DNA of 37,365 nucleotides from an uncultured Lachnospiraceae bacterium (GTDB lineage: Bacteria > Bacillota > Clostridia > Oscillospirales > CAG-272). Position numbers and translations under genes: made by a program. Below are positions 1 to 8,753 of this stretch, piece by piece. The notes beneath the pieces were generated by a model. It was not told the origin of the DNA and did not search any database. It worked only from the letters and a program-made list of their open reading frames with translations. The stretch covers positions 1-37,365 of the forward strand of contig CAZONA010000003.1 in the NCBI GenBank assembly GCA_964581025.1, read 5' to 3'. Position 1 is the stretch's first letter, and each line of letters starts with the position of its first letter.

Positions 1-631
1 TTGCAGCCTCGTAGTACTGCTTGTTTACACTCTGAAGTCCTCCGAGAAGAATAAGGATCTTGAAGGGAAGAGCGTTCCATACGATGTAGATTATCATAAC
101 GATAATATTATTGGTATACGAAGAACCGCTGCTTATCCAGTTAACCCATGCATCCTCTCCGCCGATAGCCATAAGGATATTGTTTATAATACCGTAGGAT
201 TCGACGTAGGGAACCTTTCTGTTCAAATCTCCTATTACACCGAACATCGTTGCAAAGACCATTCCTATAGCGATGGAGTTGGTTACGTAGGGGATAAAGA
301 ATATGGTCTGAAGAAGCTTCTGAAGAGGCTTTATCGCATTAAGACATACGGAAATAACAAGAGCAAGGAACGTTGAAAGAAGCACGGTGGGAATGCAAAG
401 AAGCAGAGTGTTTTTCAAAGCGTTCCAGAAGGATGTATCTCCGAGAACGGTACGGAAATTTCCGATACCCCAGTTATATTTTGTTCCCGTAAGCGCAGCA
501 AGAGCGTTGTAATTTTCCTGAAAAGCCATCAAAACCGTGTTGATTATGGGCCAAACCGTGAAAATAAGCAACAGTACGAGTGCGGGAGCGAGATACAACC
601 ACGCTTTCCATTGTTGTTTGCTATCTACCAT
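1..631 (-). CDS. Carbohydrate ABC transporter permease (MalF/UgpA-like), N-terminal ~210 aa; the gene runs off the left edge
   Basis: Absent from the ORF track because there is no stop in the window. Reverse translation from the ATG (cat at 629-631) gives MVDSKQQWKAWLYLAPALVLLLIFTVWPIINT...ILILLGGLQSVNKQYYEAA. This is a multi-TM protein that reaches the YEAA part of the EAA loop of binding-protein-dependent permeases. It starts 11 nt downstream of the ABC ATPase gene. Confidence 0.8.
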   Translation of the reverse strand, partial: MVDSKQQWKAWLYLAPALVLLLIFTVWPIINTVLMAFQENYNALAALTGTKYNWGIGNFRTVLGDTSFWNALKNTLLLCIPTVLLSTFLALVISVCLNAIKPLQKLLQTIFFIPYVTNSIAIGMVFATMFGVIGDLNRKVPYVESYGIINNILMAIGGEDAWVNWISSGSSYTNNIIVMIIYIVWNALPFKILILLGGLQSVNKQYYEAA

Positions 632-642
632 AATAAATCTCC

Positions 643-1740
643 TTAAAATCTTATTCTTTCTTCAGTCTCTTTGTTGAAGATGAATACCTTATGAGGCTTG
701 AGCGAGAAGCGGATAACCTCTGCCTCGCGATCGATCCTTGCATCGGAGTTTACGATGGATCTGATAATAGAATTCTGAGAATCGGAATGTGTGGAAACGA
801 TGCTTACGTCGCGTCCCATTACCTCAACGTTGGAGAGGTTAAGAGCAAGAGGACCGTTGTCGTCGAGAATGAAGCCCTCGGGACGAATACCTACGGTTAC
901 GTGCTGATCAGCCACACCGGGAACGTCGAGAACAGCCGCACCGCCGACAAGAAGCTTTCCGCCGACTACCTCACCGTTAAATACGTTGATGGGAGGAGTA
1001 CCGAGGAACTTGGCAACGAAGAGGTTAGCGGGATCGTCATAAACGTCCTGAGGCTTACCTACCTGCTGAACGACGCCGAGCTTCATAACAACGATGAAGT
1101 CGGAGATGCTCATAGCCTCTTCCTGGTCGTGCGTTACGAAGATCGTGGTAATGCCCGTCTCCTTCTGAATCCTCTTTATCTCCTCACGAGTCTGAAGTCT
1201 CAGACGTGCGTCGAGGTTGGAAAGGGGCTCGTCGAGAAGAAGCACACGAGGCATCTTAACGAGTGCACGTGCGATAGCGACACGCTGCTGCTGACCGCCG
1301 GAGAGCTCGCTGGGCTTTCTGTCCATAAGCTCGTCGATCTGAACAAGTCTTGCAGCCTCATAAGCACGCTCGAGCATAACTTCCTTCGTAAGCTTGTCAG
1401 CACCCTTGAGGTTCTGAAGAGGGAAGAGAATGTTTTGCTTTACCGTCATATGGGGATAGAGCGCGTAGTTCTGGAACACCAAGCCTACGCCGCGTTTTTC
1501 GGTCGGAAGCTCGGTAACGTCCTCGTCGCCGAAGAAGATCTGACCGGAGGTGGGCTTCTGTAAGCCGCTGATCATGTAGAGGGTAGTACTCTTTCCGCAT
1601 CCGGAAGGTCCGAGCAAGCCGATGAGCTTACCGTCGGGGATCTCGAATGTGAAGTTGTTTACCGCTACTACGTCTTCATTAACCTTTTTCTTATCGCGGT
1701 TAGGGAAGACCTTCGTTAGATTTTGCAATACAACTTTCAT
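643..1740 (-). CDS. Sugar ABC transporter ATP-binding protein (MalK/MsmX/UgpC family)
   Basis: 365-aa ORF with Walker A GPSGCGKST, signature LSGGQQQRVAIARAL, Walker B LLLDEPLSNLD, an H-loop and a MalK-type C-terminal regulatory domain. Confidence 0.92.
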   Translation of the reverse strand: MKVVLQNLTKVFPNRDKKKVNEDVVAVNNFTFEIPDGKLIGLLGPSGCGKSTTLYMISGLQKPTSGQIFFGDEDVTELPTEKRGVGLVFQNYALYPHMTVKQNILFPLQNLKGADKLTKEVMLERAYEAARLVQIDELMDRKPSELSGGQQQRVAIARALVKMPRVLLLDEPLSNLDARLRLQTREEIKRIQKETGITTIFVTHDQEEAMSISDFIVVMKLGVVQQVGKPQDVYDDPANLFVAKFLGTPPINVFNGEVVGGKLLVGGAAVLDVPGVADQHVTVGIRPEGFILDDNGPLALNLSNVEVMGRDVSIVSTHSDSQNSIIRSIVNSDARIDREAEVIRFSLKPHKVFIFNKETEERIRF

Positions 1741-1787
1741 ATAATCTCCATTCTTATATAAAAAATTTTGGAAACGAAGTCAGGCAC

Positions 1788-2549
1788 TCAATACGGTGCT
1801 TTTTTGACCGACTCGTCGTGAATACGCTGAAGGTATTCCGTGCGTGCCTCGGTCGAATCGAATATCATCTGGCTCTGCAGGTCGACGGCGACCGTGGAGG
1901 AGAGAATATCGTGTATAAAGGAATTTGTCTTTGTTGCAATGAGCAAAACGATCTCGAATATGGCAAGCAAGCCGATCACGATGAGATTGAACGCACTGCC
2001 GACGCCGAGTAAAAGCATCAGCAAGAGCATGATCGGAACCATCGTCTCGACCGCATATTTGCCGAGAATGCTGCGAGTGAACATAACGACCGGCGTAACT
2101 CTCACACCGTCAACTCGCATAAGTGCGATGGAGAATACCTTCTTGCCGAGCGTCTGCCCGTTCTTAAATATCAGCGGAACTATAAATTCAAGTATCAAAT
2201 ATGAGAAAAAGAAGCTGAGTGATACCTCGAGTATAGCAAGATTGAATAACATATTGCTCAGGTAGATATAATCCTTGTCGTTGCGAACCTGGCTGTAGTA
2301 ACCGTTGTAGATCTCCTGTTCCTCCTCCGTCATAGAGGCATATTCATCGCTTGTTATGCTGAAGCTGACACCGAACTCCTTTTCATAGCCCTCAACAAGG
2401 GCATTAAGCTGATTTGCATAGTCATCGTATCCGACGATTGCGGATATAAGGCACATAAATCCCGTAATAAGTATAATCATAAGAATAAAGTCGAGCAGGA
2501 ATGCCGAAAATCTTTTCATCAAGCTCGCCTTTTGAAGATCGTAAATCAT
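1788..2549 (-). CDS. RDD-family integral membrane protein
   Basis: 253-aa ORF. The N-terminus KRFSAFLLDFILMIIL and several hydrophobic segments are typical of RDD-domain proteins. Family call is from memory only. Confidence 0.6.
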   Translation of the reverse strand: MIYDLQKASLMKRFSAFLLDFILMIILITGFMCLISAIVGYDDYANQLNALVEGYEKEFGVSFSITSDEYASMTEEEQEIYNGYYSQVRNDKDYIYLSNMLFNLAILEVSLSFFFSYLILEFIVPLIFKNGQTLGKKVFSIALMRVDGVRVTPVVMFTRSILGKYAVETMVPIMLLLMLLLGVGSAFNLIVIGLLAIFEIVLLIATKTNSFIHDILSSTVAVDLQSQMIFDSTEARTEYLQRIHDESVKKAPY

Positions 2550-2814
2550 TATTTGAAATCCTTCGCTACATTAATTAATATATTAAGGGCACAGTATTGC
2601 CATATTATCAATGATATAAATTAACCCTACAAAGATAATATCACAAAAGTCCCGAAAAATCAATACCTTTTTGGTGAAAATCAACCAAAAGCAAATTTTC
2701 GTCAATTTGACGAAAAGTCGCAAAACAAGGAATTTCGCCTTTTTCCGCCAAACCGCCGAAAAAGCCGTCAAAGCTTGATATATCAAGGCTTTTTGCCCAT
2801 ATCCGTCAATATTC

Positions 2815-2850
2815 ACAAAAAAACGCAACGAAAGATCATTTCGTTGCGTT
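2815..2850 (-). terminator. Rho-independent terminator of the CorC-family gene
   Basis: On the minus strand, AACGCAACGAAA-tgatc-TTTCGTTGCGTT forms a 12-bp stem and is followed by a U-run. It begins about 10 nt after the stop at 2861. Confidence 0.75.
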
Positions 2851-2860
2851 TTGTGCAATA

Positions 2861-4201
2861 TTACTCCTCCGAGTCCTGCTCCTCGAGGGGCTGATCCTCC
2901 TCGTTGTGCACGCTTACCTCAATCTCGTGGGACATAATGTCGTCCGCCTTGGTAACCGTAACCGTAAGCTTGTCGTAATCGAAGGTAAAGCCCACCTCGG
3001 GAATGCTCTCGGCACGCTCGTTGATCCAGCCGTTAACGGTCGTGGAATCGCTCTCCTCGTCGTTGTCGATTTCAAAGAAGCTAAAGAATTCGTCGAGCGA
3101 AACGGTGGAGAGAACACGGTATTTGTCGTCCCCGATGGGTTTGATAGGCTCGATCGCCTCGTCAAGCTCATCCCAGATCTCGCCGACAAGCTCCTCGATG
3201 ATATCCTCCATGCTCACGACGCCGGAGGTTACACCGTACTCGTTAACGACGACCGCAATGTGATTGTGCGTGTCCTGCATCTCCTTGAGCAGAGCGTCAA
3301 GGTGCATCGTCTCGGGAACGTATTTCGGACTGAACATAGCGTCCTCAAGCTTAAAATCGGGATTAGAATGCTTGAGCAGATATTCGCGAGCGTAAAGTAT
3401 GCCCACGATCTTGTCAAGGCTCTCGGAATAGACGGGAATACGGGAATATCCCTCGTCCTCTATTATGGCAAGAAGCTCATCGACGGAAATATCCTCGGGA
3501 ACTGCGACGATCGAGCCCCTCTGCGTCATTACGTCGGCGGCAGTCAGATTGTCGAGCTTGAAAACGTTCTTTATGTATTCAACGTCCGTCTCGTCAAGTC
3601 CGCCCTCGTCGGCACCGGCGTCGAGCATCGTAACGATATCCTCCTCGGAGACCGCCTCGTCCTTTTCGTTGGGATCGATACCTATAAGGCGAAGAACGCC
3701 GTTGGTCGAAACGGAAAGAAACCAAATGACGGGCTTAAGAATGGTAGTAAGCACGGAAATTATTCCGCAGAACGAATTTGCGAGCTTCTCCTTGTTTTTC
3801 ATAGCAACTCTCTTGGGCACGAGCTCACCGAGCACGAGCGTGAAGTAAGAGAGAACGATAGTAACTGCGATAACGGAAAGCGTCTGAATTAGAGAGACCA
3901 TGCCCTCGGATACGTTCGCCCCCTTGATAATGGCGTCGGCGAGCATTTCACCGAAGCTGTCCGCAGCAAAAGCCGAGCTCAGGAAGCCGGCAAGGGTGAT
4001 ACCGACCTGAATGGTCGAAAGGAACTTCGTGGGATCTTCAACGATCTTAAGGAGCTTTGCGGCTTTTTTGTCGCCGTCCTCAGCCTGCGCCCTGACCTTC
4101 TTTTCGTTAAGAGAGATCACCGCTATCTCCGTAGCGGCAAAAAACGCATTGATCGCAATAAGAATAAAGTTAAGTAATAATTGTTGAAATATTTTAGACA
4201 T
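2861..4201 (-). CDS. Hemolysin/CorC-family protein (DUF21 membrane domain + CBS pair + CorC_HlyC), putative divalent-cation efflux/homeostasis factor
   Basis: 446-aa ORF. The N-terminal 4-TM DUF21 region contains ATEIAVISL. It is followed by a CBS pair (VMTQRGSIVAVPEDISVDELL...GYSRIPVY...GILYAREYL) and a C-terminal CorC_HlyC domain with an acidic tail. Confidence 0.85.
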   Translation of the reverse strand: MSKIFQQLLLNFILIAINAFFAATEIAVISLNEKKVRAQAEDGDKKAAKLLKIVEDPTKFLSTIQVGITLAGFLSSAFAADSFGEMLADAIIKGANVSEGMVSLIQTLSVIAVTIVLSYFTLVLGELVPKRVAMKNKEKLANSFCGIISVLTTILKPVIWFLSVSTNGVLRLIGIDPNEKDEAVSEEDIVTMLDAGADEGGLDETDVEYIKNVFKLDNLTAADVMTQRGSIVAVPEDISVDELLAIIEDEGYSRIPVYSESLDKIVGILYAREYLLKHSNPDFKLEDAMFSPKYVPETMHLDALLKEMQDTHNHIAVVVNEYGVTSGVVSMEDIIEELVGEIWDELDEAIEPIKPIGDDKYRVLSTVSLDEFFSFFEIDNDEESDSTTVNGWINERAESIPEVGFTFDYDKLTVTVTKADDIMSHEIEVSVHNEEDQPLEEQDSEE

Positions 4202-4412
4202 ATATCCTCCGTAAATAAATATTGTTCAGATTAAAAATTAATAGGTGCGAGAGCGTGCTCAGCACTTTAGCGGCTGATGCACGTGTATGCCCGGAAACGA
4301 GCAATATCTGAACAAATTATGAGGATTGTCGTTAATTAACCGAGTTACAGGGCAACTTCGGGGTAATGGGTCCACGGTTTTTTTACTCCTTTCATTACTA
4401 ATACAAAAATAC
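4202..4412 (-). promoter_or_regulatory. Long structured 5' leader of the CorC-family gene with an RBS-sequestering helix (candidate riboswitch or translational control element, class unknown)
   Basis: The complement of 4306-4315 pairs perfectly (10 bp) with that of 4222-4231. The complement of 4321-4326 (AUCCUC) pairs with the SD GAGGAU (4205-4210). The enclosed ~70 nt are GC-rich with several short hairpins, and further hairpins lie upstream. Confidence 0.45.
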
Positions 4413-4419
4413 AAGATAC

Positions 4420-4448
4420 ATTATAGCATATACGGCGACAAATTTCAA
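4420..4448 (-). promoter_or_regulatory. Sigma-A type promoter for the CorC-family gene
   Basis: Read on the minus strand: TTGAAA (4443-4448), 17-nt spacer, TATAAT (4420-4425). Confidence 0.6.
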
Positions 4449-4508
4449 TAGCTTTTCACTCAATTTTTCGTGAATATTTCAAAAAAAGTACAAAAAATAT
4501 AATAAATT

Positions 4509-4537
4509 ATTGACGGCAGAGCGAAAACGTGGTATAA
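4509..4537 (+). promoter_or_regulatory. Sigma-A type promoter for the 4570 gene
   Basis: TTGACG (4509-4514), 17-nt spacer, TATAAT (4532-4537). Confidence 0.6.
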
Positions 4538-4569
4538 TTATAGCGATTTTTTGAAAGGAAAAATGCATT

Positions 4570-5856
4570 ATGCTCTCTGAAATAACCGCACGTTGCTATG
4601 AGGATATTCTGATAGAGGAGCTGCAGGTCGCCATGGGCTGTACCGAGCCCATTGCCATAGCCTACGCCTCCGCAATTCTCCGGGACGCACTCGACGCAGA
4701 GCCCGAAGCGATCACCATAAGCCTCAGCGGAAATATTATAAAGAATGTAAAGAGCGTCATCGTCCCATCTACGAACGGTATGCACGGCATTGAGAGTGCC
4801 GTCGCCGCAGGCGTCGTGTCGGGAAGATATGACCTTAAGCTCGAGCTGCTCTCCGCACTTGACGAATCGGATGTCCCGAGGATCGAACGCTTTAAGCACG
4901 ACTGCGATATACGTGTTACGGAGCTCGTCAGCCCCTGTAGCTTCGACCTCTTGGTGGAGGGAAGCACGGGCGACAAGCACGCAAGCGTCAGAATATCGGA
5001 ATATCATACGAACGTCGTCGCCGTTACGCTCGGCAACGGCGATATTACGGAAAAATACCGCAACGAAAGCACAGAGCTCGGAAAGAGTCTGAAAAAAGCT
5101 GACCGCAGTATGCTCAACATAAACGATATATTCGAATTTGCGACCACCGCCGACCTAACCCGTATAAAGCCATACCTCAAGCGACAGCTCGATATGAATA
5201 TGACGATAGCCCGTGAAGGTCTTTCCGAAAGCTACGGTGCGTCTATCGGCAAGATATTGTATGACGAGGGAAAAGCTCCGCTCAAGGATAGAGTCAAGGG
5301 CTTTGCGGCGGCAGGAAGCGACGCACGTATGAGCGGCTGTGAGCTGCCCGTCTGTATCATCTCGGGAAGCGGTAATCAGGGCATCACCGCATCCGTCCCC
5401 GTCGCCGTGTACGCCGAGGCAATAGGTGCAAACGAGGAGCAGACCCTGCGTGCGCTAACTCTTTCCGACCTCGTAACCGTCCACCAAAAGACCGGCATCG
5501 GCACACTCTCCGCCTACTGCGGAGCAATAAGCGCAGGCGTCGGAGCTGGAACGGGAATCTGTTATTTGCGAGGCGGCGACAGACACACAATAGCCCATAC
5601 GCTCGTAAACGCCGTGGCAATACTTTCGGGTACGATCTGCGACGGAGCGAAGCCCTCGTGCGCCGCAAAGATCGCAATGGCGGTCGAGGCAGGACTCGTC
5701 GGCTGTGAGATGGCACTCTGCGGTAAGCAGTTCTACGGCGGCGACGGAATCGTTACCAAGGGCGTTGAGAATACCATACGCAACGTCGGACTTCTCGCAA
5801 GAGAGGGAATGAGCGAGACCGACAGAGAGATCATTAAAATAATGCTCTCAAAATAA
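4570..5856 (+). CDS. UPF0597 / L-cysteine desulfidase-family protein (serine dehydratase alpha-like fold)
   Basis: 428-aa ORF. The N-terminal VAMGCTEPIAIAYA motif, the later SGSGNQG motif and the Gly/Ala-rich C-terminal half are characteristic of the YhaM/CdsB-like family. Family call is from memory. Confidence 0.7.
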   Translation: MLSEITARCYEDILIEELQVAMGCTEPIAIAYASAILRDALDAEPEAITISLSGNIIKNVKSVIVPSTNGMHGIESAVAAGVVSGRYDLKLELLSALDESDVPRIERFKHDCDIRVTELVSPCSFDLLVEGSTGDKHASVRISEYHTNVVAVTLGNGDITEKYRNESTELGKSLKKADRSMLNINDIFEFATTADLTRIKPYLKRQLDMNMTIAREGLSESYGASIGKILYDEGKAPLKDRVKGFAAAGSDARMSGCELPVCIISGSGNQGITASVPVAVYAEAIGANEEQTLRALTLSDLVTVHQKTGIGTLSAYCGAISAGVGAGTGICYLRGGDRHTIAHTLVNAVAILSGTICDGAKPSCAAKIAMAVEAGLVGCEMALCGKQFYGGDGIVTKGVENTIRNVGLLAREGMSETDREIIKIMLSK

Positions 5857-5903
5857 AATCAGCTAATAATTTTAATTGTCATTTATGACGGATAGGAGAA
5901 CTT

Positions 5904-8708
5904 ATGAAAAATTTCACATTCCAAAAGAAAACGAGATTTGAATCCTGCGGATATGACGTAAGCGAATACGAGCATATCAGCGGCGCAAAGCTCGTTTACA
6001 TCGACACCGGAAGCGACGAAAAGGCTTTCTGTGCGGCGTTCAAAACGATCCCCGAGGACTCCACGGGCGTTTTCCACATCCTCGAGCACTCCGTGCTTGA
6101 CGGCTCTAAGAATTACCCCATGAACTCGCCCTTCCTCTTCATGATCAAAAACTCAATGAGCACCTTCCTCAACGCAATGACGTTCCAGGGAAAGACGATG
6201 TACCCCTGTGCGTCCTGTAACCCCGACGATTTCGAGAATCTTCTTAAAGTATACCTCGACTCCGTTTTCAATCCTCTCCTTGCCGAGGGAACGTTCCTTC
6301 GCGAGGGCTGGCATATAGAGAAGGCAGGCGAGGGCTACGATATAAAGGGCGTCGTCTATAACGAAATGCAGGGAGCACAGGCGTCAATGTATCGTCTTCT
6401 TTATGCTGCTATGACCGCCGACCTTTACCCCGATACGTATCAGAAATATAACTCCGGCGGCGAGCCCGACGTTATCCCGACTCTCACCTACGAAAACTAC
6501 CTTGCGGCATACAGAAAGTATTACAGCACCGCAAACTGTGTCCTCTTCCTCAGCGGAAATATGGATATCGACAGATATACCGATATCATTGACGAGTGGC
6601 TCGCAGGTGCGTCCCAGCAGAGAAGTGAGATAAAGCATAGCGTGCAGACCGAGAGCCACAGACTTTGCGAGCACGAATATCCCGTTTCTCCCGACGAGGA
6701 GCTTGCTGGAAAGGCAAATATCATCTATTCCTATAACGTGGGTAACTACGATCAGTACGAAAGACAGATCGCCGCATCCCTCCTTGCAAATTACCTTATG
6801 GATAATATGTCCTCGCCCCTTAAGAGCGCACTCACTGCAAGCGGACTTATGCAGAATTCGGATATTTACACCTCCGACGACGATATCCAGATCGCTTGGG
6901 GAATTGCCGCATATAATACCGAGCCCGAGAACAGAGATGCGATAAAGAAGGTCATCGACGATACGATTCACGGAATAATCGAGAACGGCATCGACAGAGA
7001 GATAATGCTCTCGCAGATCTCCTCTGCGGCATTCAAAATGAAGGCAGATCGCAACGAGGTAACCGAGCGCACGATAAACGACTTCATTAAGCTTGCAAAT
7101 AACGTTTTCTATAACGTTCCCCTCAATACGTACTTCGAGCTTGACGAAATATTCGAAAAGCTCGAGCGTGAGATCGACAACGGATATTTCGAAAATCTCC
7201 TCCGTGAGATATTCTTCGATAACGATATCACCGCAATCTCCGTGCTCGTTCCCGTACATAAGGAATCCAACGCCCAGCACGTGGCAACCGTAAAGAAATA
7301 TACGGAGAACCTCACGACCGAGGAAAAGGACGCCGCACACGAGAGATTTGTTCTCGGTACAAAGCTTGCAATGGAGCGTGATACACCCGAAACCGTTGCG
7401 AAAATGCCCCACCTCGACATAGATCAGCTCACAAAGGAGCTTCCGAAGAGGGAATTCGTCGCAGACGGTAAGCTCCTCTTCACCCCTGCAAAGACGAACG
7501 GTATAGCATACTACCGCTTCTATTTCCCGCTTAACGGACTCAGCGAAAACGAGATACTCACCACAGAGCTCATCACGAGAACGCTCGGAGATTTCGCTAC
7601 CGATAAGCATACCGCCACCGAGCTCAATAGCCTCCTTAACAGATATGCAGGTAAATGGAGCTTCGATACGCAGGTGATCACAAAAACCGCAGATGACGTC
7701 GAGCCCTACGTCGTCGTCTCCGTCGCATGCCTTGAGAAGAACGCCGATAAGGCTCTCGAGATCATAAGCGACATCCTCTCCGGCACGGTTTACGATACCG
7801 AAACCGCAAACGCCGTTATCGCACGCTCACTTAATAATACTAAGATGAGCTTCATCGGTAACGGAGTACAGCTTGCGATGGTCGAGTGCGAGTCCCTCAT
7901 CTCGAAGGGCGGATATTATAATTCACTCAGCAGAGGCTACAGATATTACGGTAAGCTCGGCGAGTATTCGCAGAATCCCAACGAGTTCTGCGACGATGCA
8001 AGAGCCCTCCTTCACAGAATATTCAATTCCGCAAACCTTAAGTACGTGGGCTTCACGGGTAGCGAGGAGCTTTCTCGTAAGACGCTCGCTCTCCCCGAGG
8101 GCGAGGAGCTCACGGGTGAAACGCTCACGAATCCGAGCAGGGAAAGCGTAGCATACGCAATTCCTGCAGGCGTCAGCTTCAACGTCCGCTCGATAGATTA
8201 CAGCGATATCCTCCCCTTTGGCGGAAAGCATCTTGCACTCTCGTACCTTCTCACCTACGGCTACCTATGGCATAATATCCGCGAGATAGGCGGTGCTTAC
8301 GGAACGGGACATCAGTTCAAGAGAAACGGAGTTATGACTCTGTATTCCTACCGTGATCCCAAGGTCGCAGAGACCTACGCACTCTATGACGAGATCGCCG
8401 AATATCTCAGAACCAACGAGTTCACCGACGGCGAGATCCTCGGTTGCATTATAAGCACGCTCGCAAGCTTCGTCAATCCCAAGCCCGTCTACGAGATGGG
8501 AATGGAGAACGAGATCTATCACCTCACCGGATATACACACGAGCTCAGAGCTCAGCACATGAGCGACGTCCTCTCCTTCAGCGCAGAGGATATAAAGAGC
8601 TTCATTCCCGTGTTCGAGGCATTTAAGACCTCGGGCGCAGAGTGCTCCGTCGGTAACGGAAACGCTCAGGCAGAGTACGGCAAATTCGATAAGATAGTAA
8701 ATATCTGA
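5904..8708 (+). CDS. Insulinase-family zinc metallopeptidase (M16C, PreP-like)
   Basis: 934-aa ORF with the inverted zinc motif HILEHSVL (HxxEH), a downstream EGWH/YNEM region and the long multi-domain architecture of M16C. The RBS is AGGAGA. No terminator separates it from the 4570 gene, so the two are probably co-transcribed. Confidence 0.85.
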   Translation: MKNFTFQKKTRFESCGYDVSEYEHISGAKLVYIDTGSDEKAFCAAFKTIPEDSTGVFHILEHSVLDGSKNYPMNSPFLFMIKNSMSTFLNAMTFQGKTMYPCASCNPDDFENLLKVYLDSVFNPLLAEGTFLREGWHIEKAGEGYDIKGVVYNEMQGAQASMYRLLYAAMTADLYPDTYQKYNSGGEPDVIPTLTYENYLAAYRKYYSTANCVLFLSGNMDIDRYTDIIDEWLAGASQQRSEIKHSVQTESHRLCEHEYPVSPDEELAGKANIIYSYNVGNYDQYERQIAASLLANYLMDNMSSPLKSALTASGLMQNSDIYTSDDDIQIAWGIAAYNTEPENRDAIKKVIDDTIHGIIENGIDREIMLSQISSAAFKMKADRNEVTERTINDFIKLANNVFYNVPLNTYFELDEIFEKLEREIDNGYFENLLREIFFDNDITAISVLVPVHKESNAQHVATVKKYTENLTTEEKDAAHERFVLGTKLAMERDTPETVAKMPHLDIDQLTKELPKREFVADGKLLFTPAKTNGIAYYRFYFPLNGLSENEILTTELITRTLGDFATDKHTATELNSLLNRYAGKWSFDTQVITKTADDVEPYVVVSVACLEKNADKALEIISDILSGTVYDTETANAVIARSLNNTKMSFIGNGVQLAMVECESLISKGGYYNSLSRGYRYYGKLGEYSQNPNEFCDDARALLHRIFNSANLKYVGFTGSEELSRKTLALPEGEELTGETLTNPSRESVAYAIPAGVSFNVRSIDYSDILPFGGKHLALSYLLTYGYLWHNIREIGGAYGTGHQFKRNGVMTLYSYRDPKVAETYALYDEIAEYLRTNEFTDGEILGCIISTLASFVNPKPVYEMGMENEIYHLTGYTHELRAQHMSDVLSFSAEDIKSFIPVFEAFKTSGAECSVGNGNAQAEYGKFDKIVNI

Positions 8709-8715
8709 TCAAAAT

Positions 8716-8746
8716 AAAAAAGGCAGGGAAACCTGCCTTTTTTGTT
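8716..8746. terminator. Bidirectional rho-independent terminator between convergent genes
   Basis: AGGCAGG-gaaa-CCTGCCT with an A-run on the left and a T-run on the right. It lies between the stops at 8708 (+) and 8754 (-). Confidence 0.75.
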
Positions 8747-8753
8747 TGCTTTT

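Noticed and set aside
691-1563. Long ORFs antisense to well-supported genes. Examples are 691-1563(+), 2906-3892(+), 6384-7610(-), 8742-9338(+), 11989-12816(-), 16966-17676(-), 20541-21752(+), 24260-24859(+), 28005-29186(-), 29068-29832(-), 31674-32660(-), 33172-33996(-) and 35100-36008(-).
   Set aside because: Each lies opposite a gene with clear family motifs. They lack RBSs, have odd compositions (Arg/Ser/Leu-rich shadow-frame signatures) and would require complete gene overlap. They are typical shadow ORFs of moderately GC-balanced coding DNA.
2604-2618. ATTATCAATGATATA, a Fur/Zur-box-like AT-rich dyad near the RDD gene promoter.
   Set aside because: The half-sites are in the wrong arrangement relative to the 7-1-7 TGATAAT-n-ATTATCA consensus, and one arm is imperfect. 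No metal-related gene lies downstream.
2583-2858. 91-aa minus-strand ORF filling the CorC/RDD intergenic region.
   Set aside because: It starts inside the CorC terminator hairpin, has no RBS, and is Phe/Ile/Lys-rich as expected from translating AT-rich spacer. I treat the region as non-coding regulatory DNA.
4230-4380. Plus-strand resemblance to M-box fragments (TAGGTG…, …GGTAATGGGTC…), and the possibility of a plus-strand sRNA, SRP RNA or 6S RNA.
   Set aside because: Only short patches match. The 3' half of the M-box is missing. The orientation would place it upstream of the cysteine-desulfidase-like gene, which has its own promoter downstream at 4509. No SRP domain IV or RNase P signatures are present. 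The minus-strand leader interpretation fits the promoter and RBS pairing better.
4345-4395. 16-codon ORF (MKGVKKPWTHYPEVAL) inside the CorC leader on the minus strand, considered as a possible leader peptide.
   Set aside because: No Shine-Dalgarno precedes its ATG, and there is no run of regulatory codons. It is probably fortuitous.
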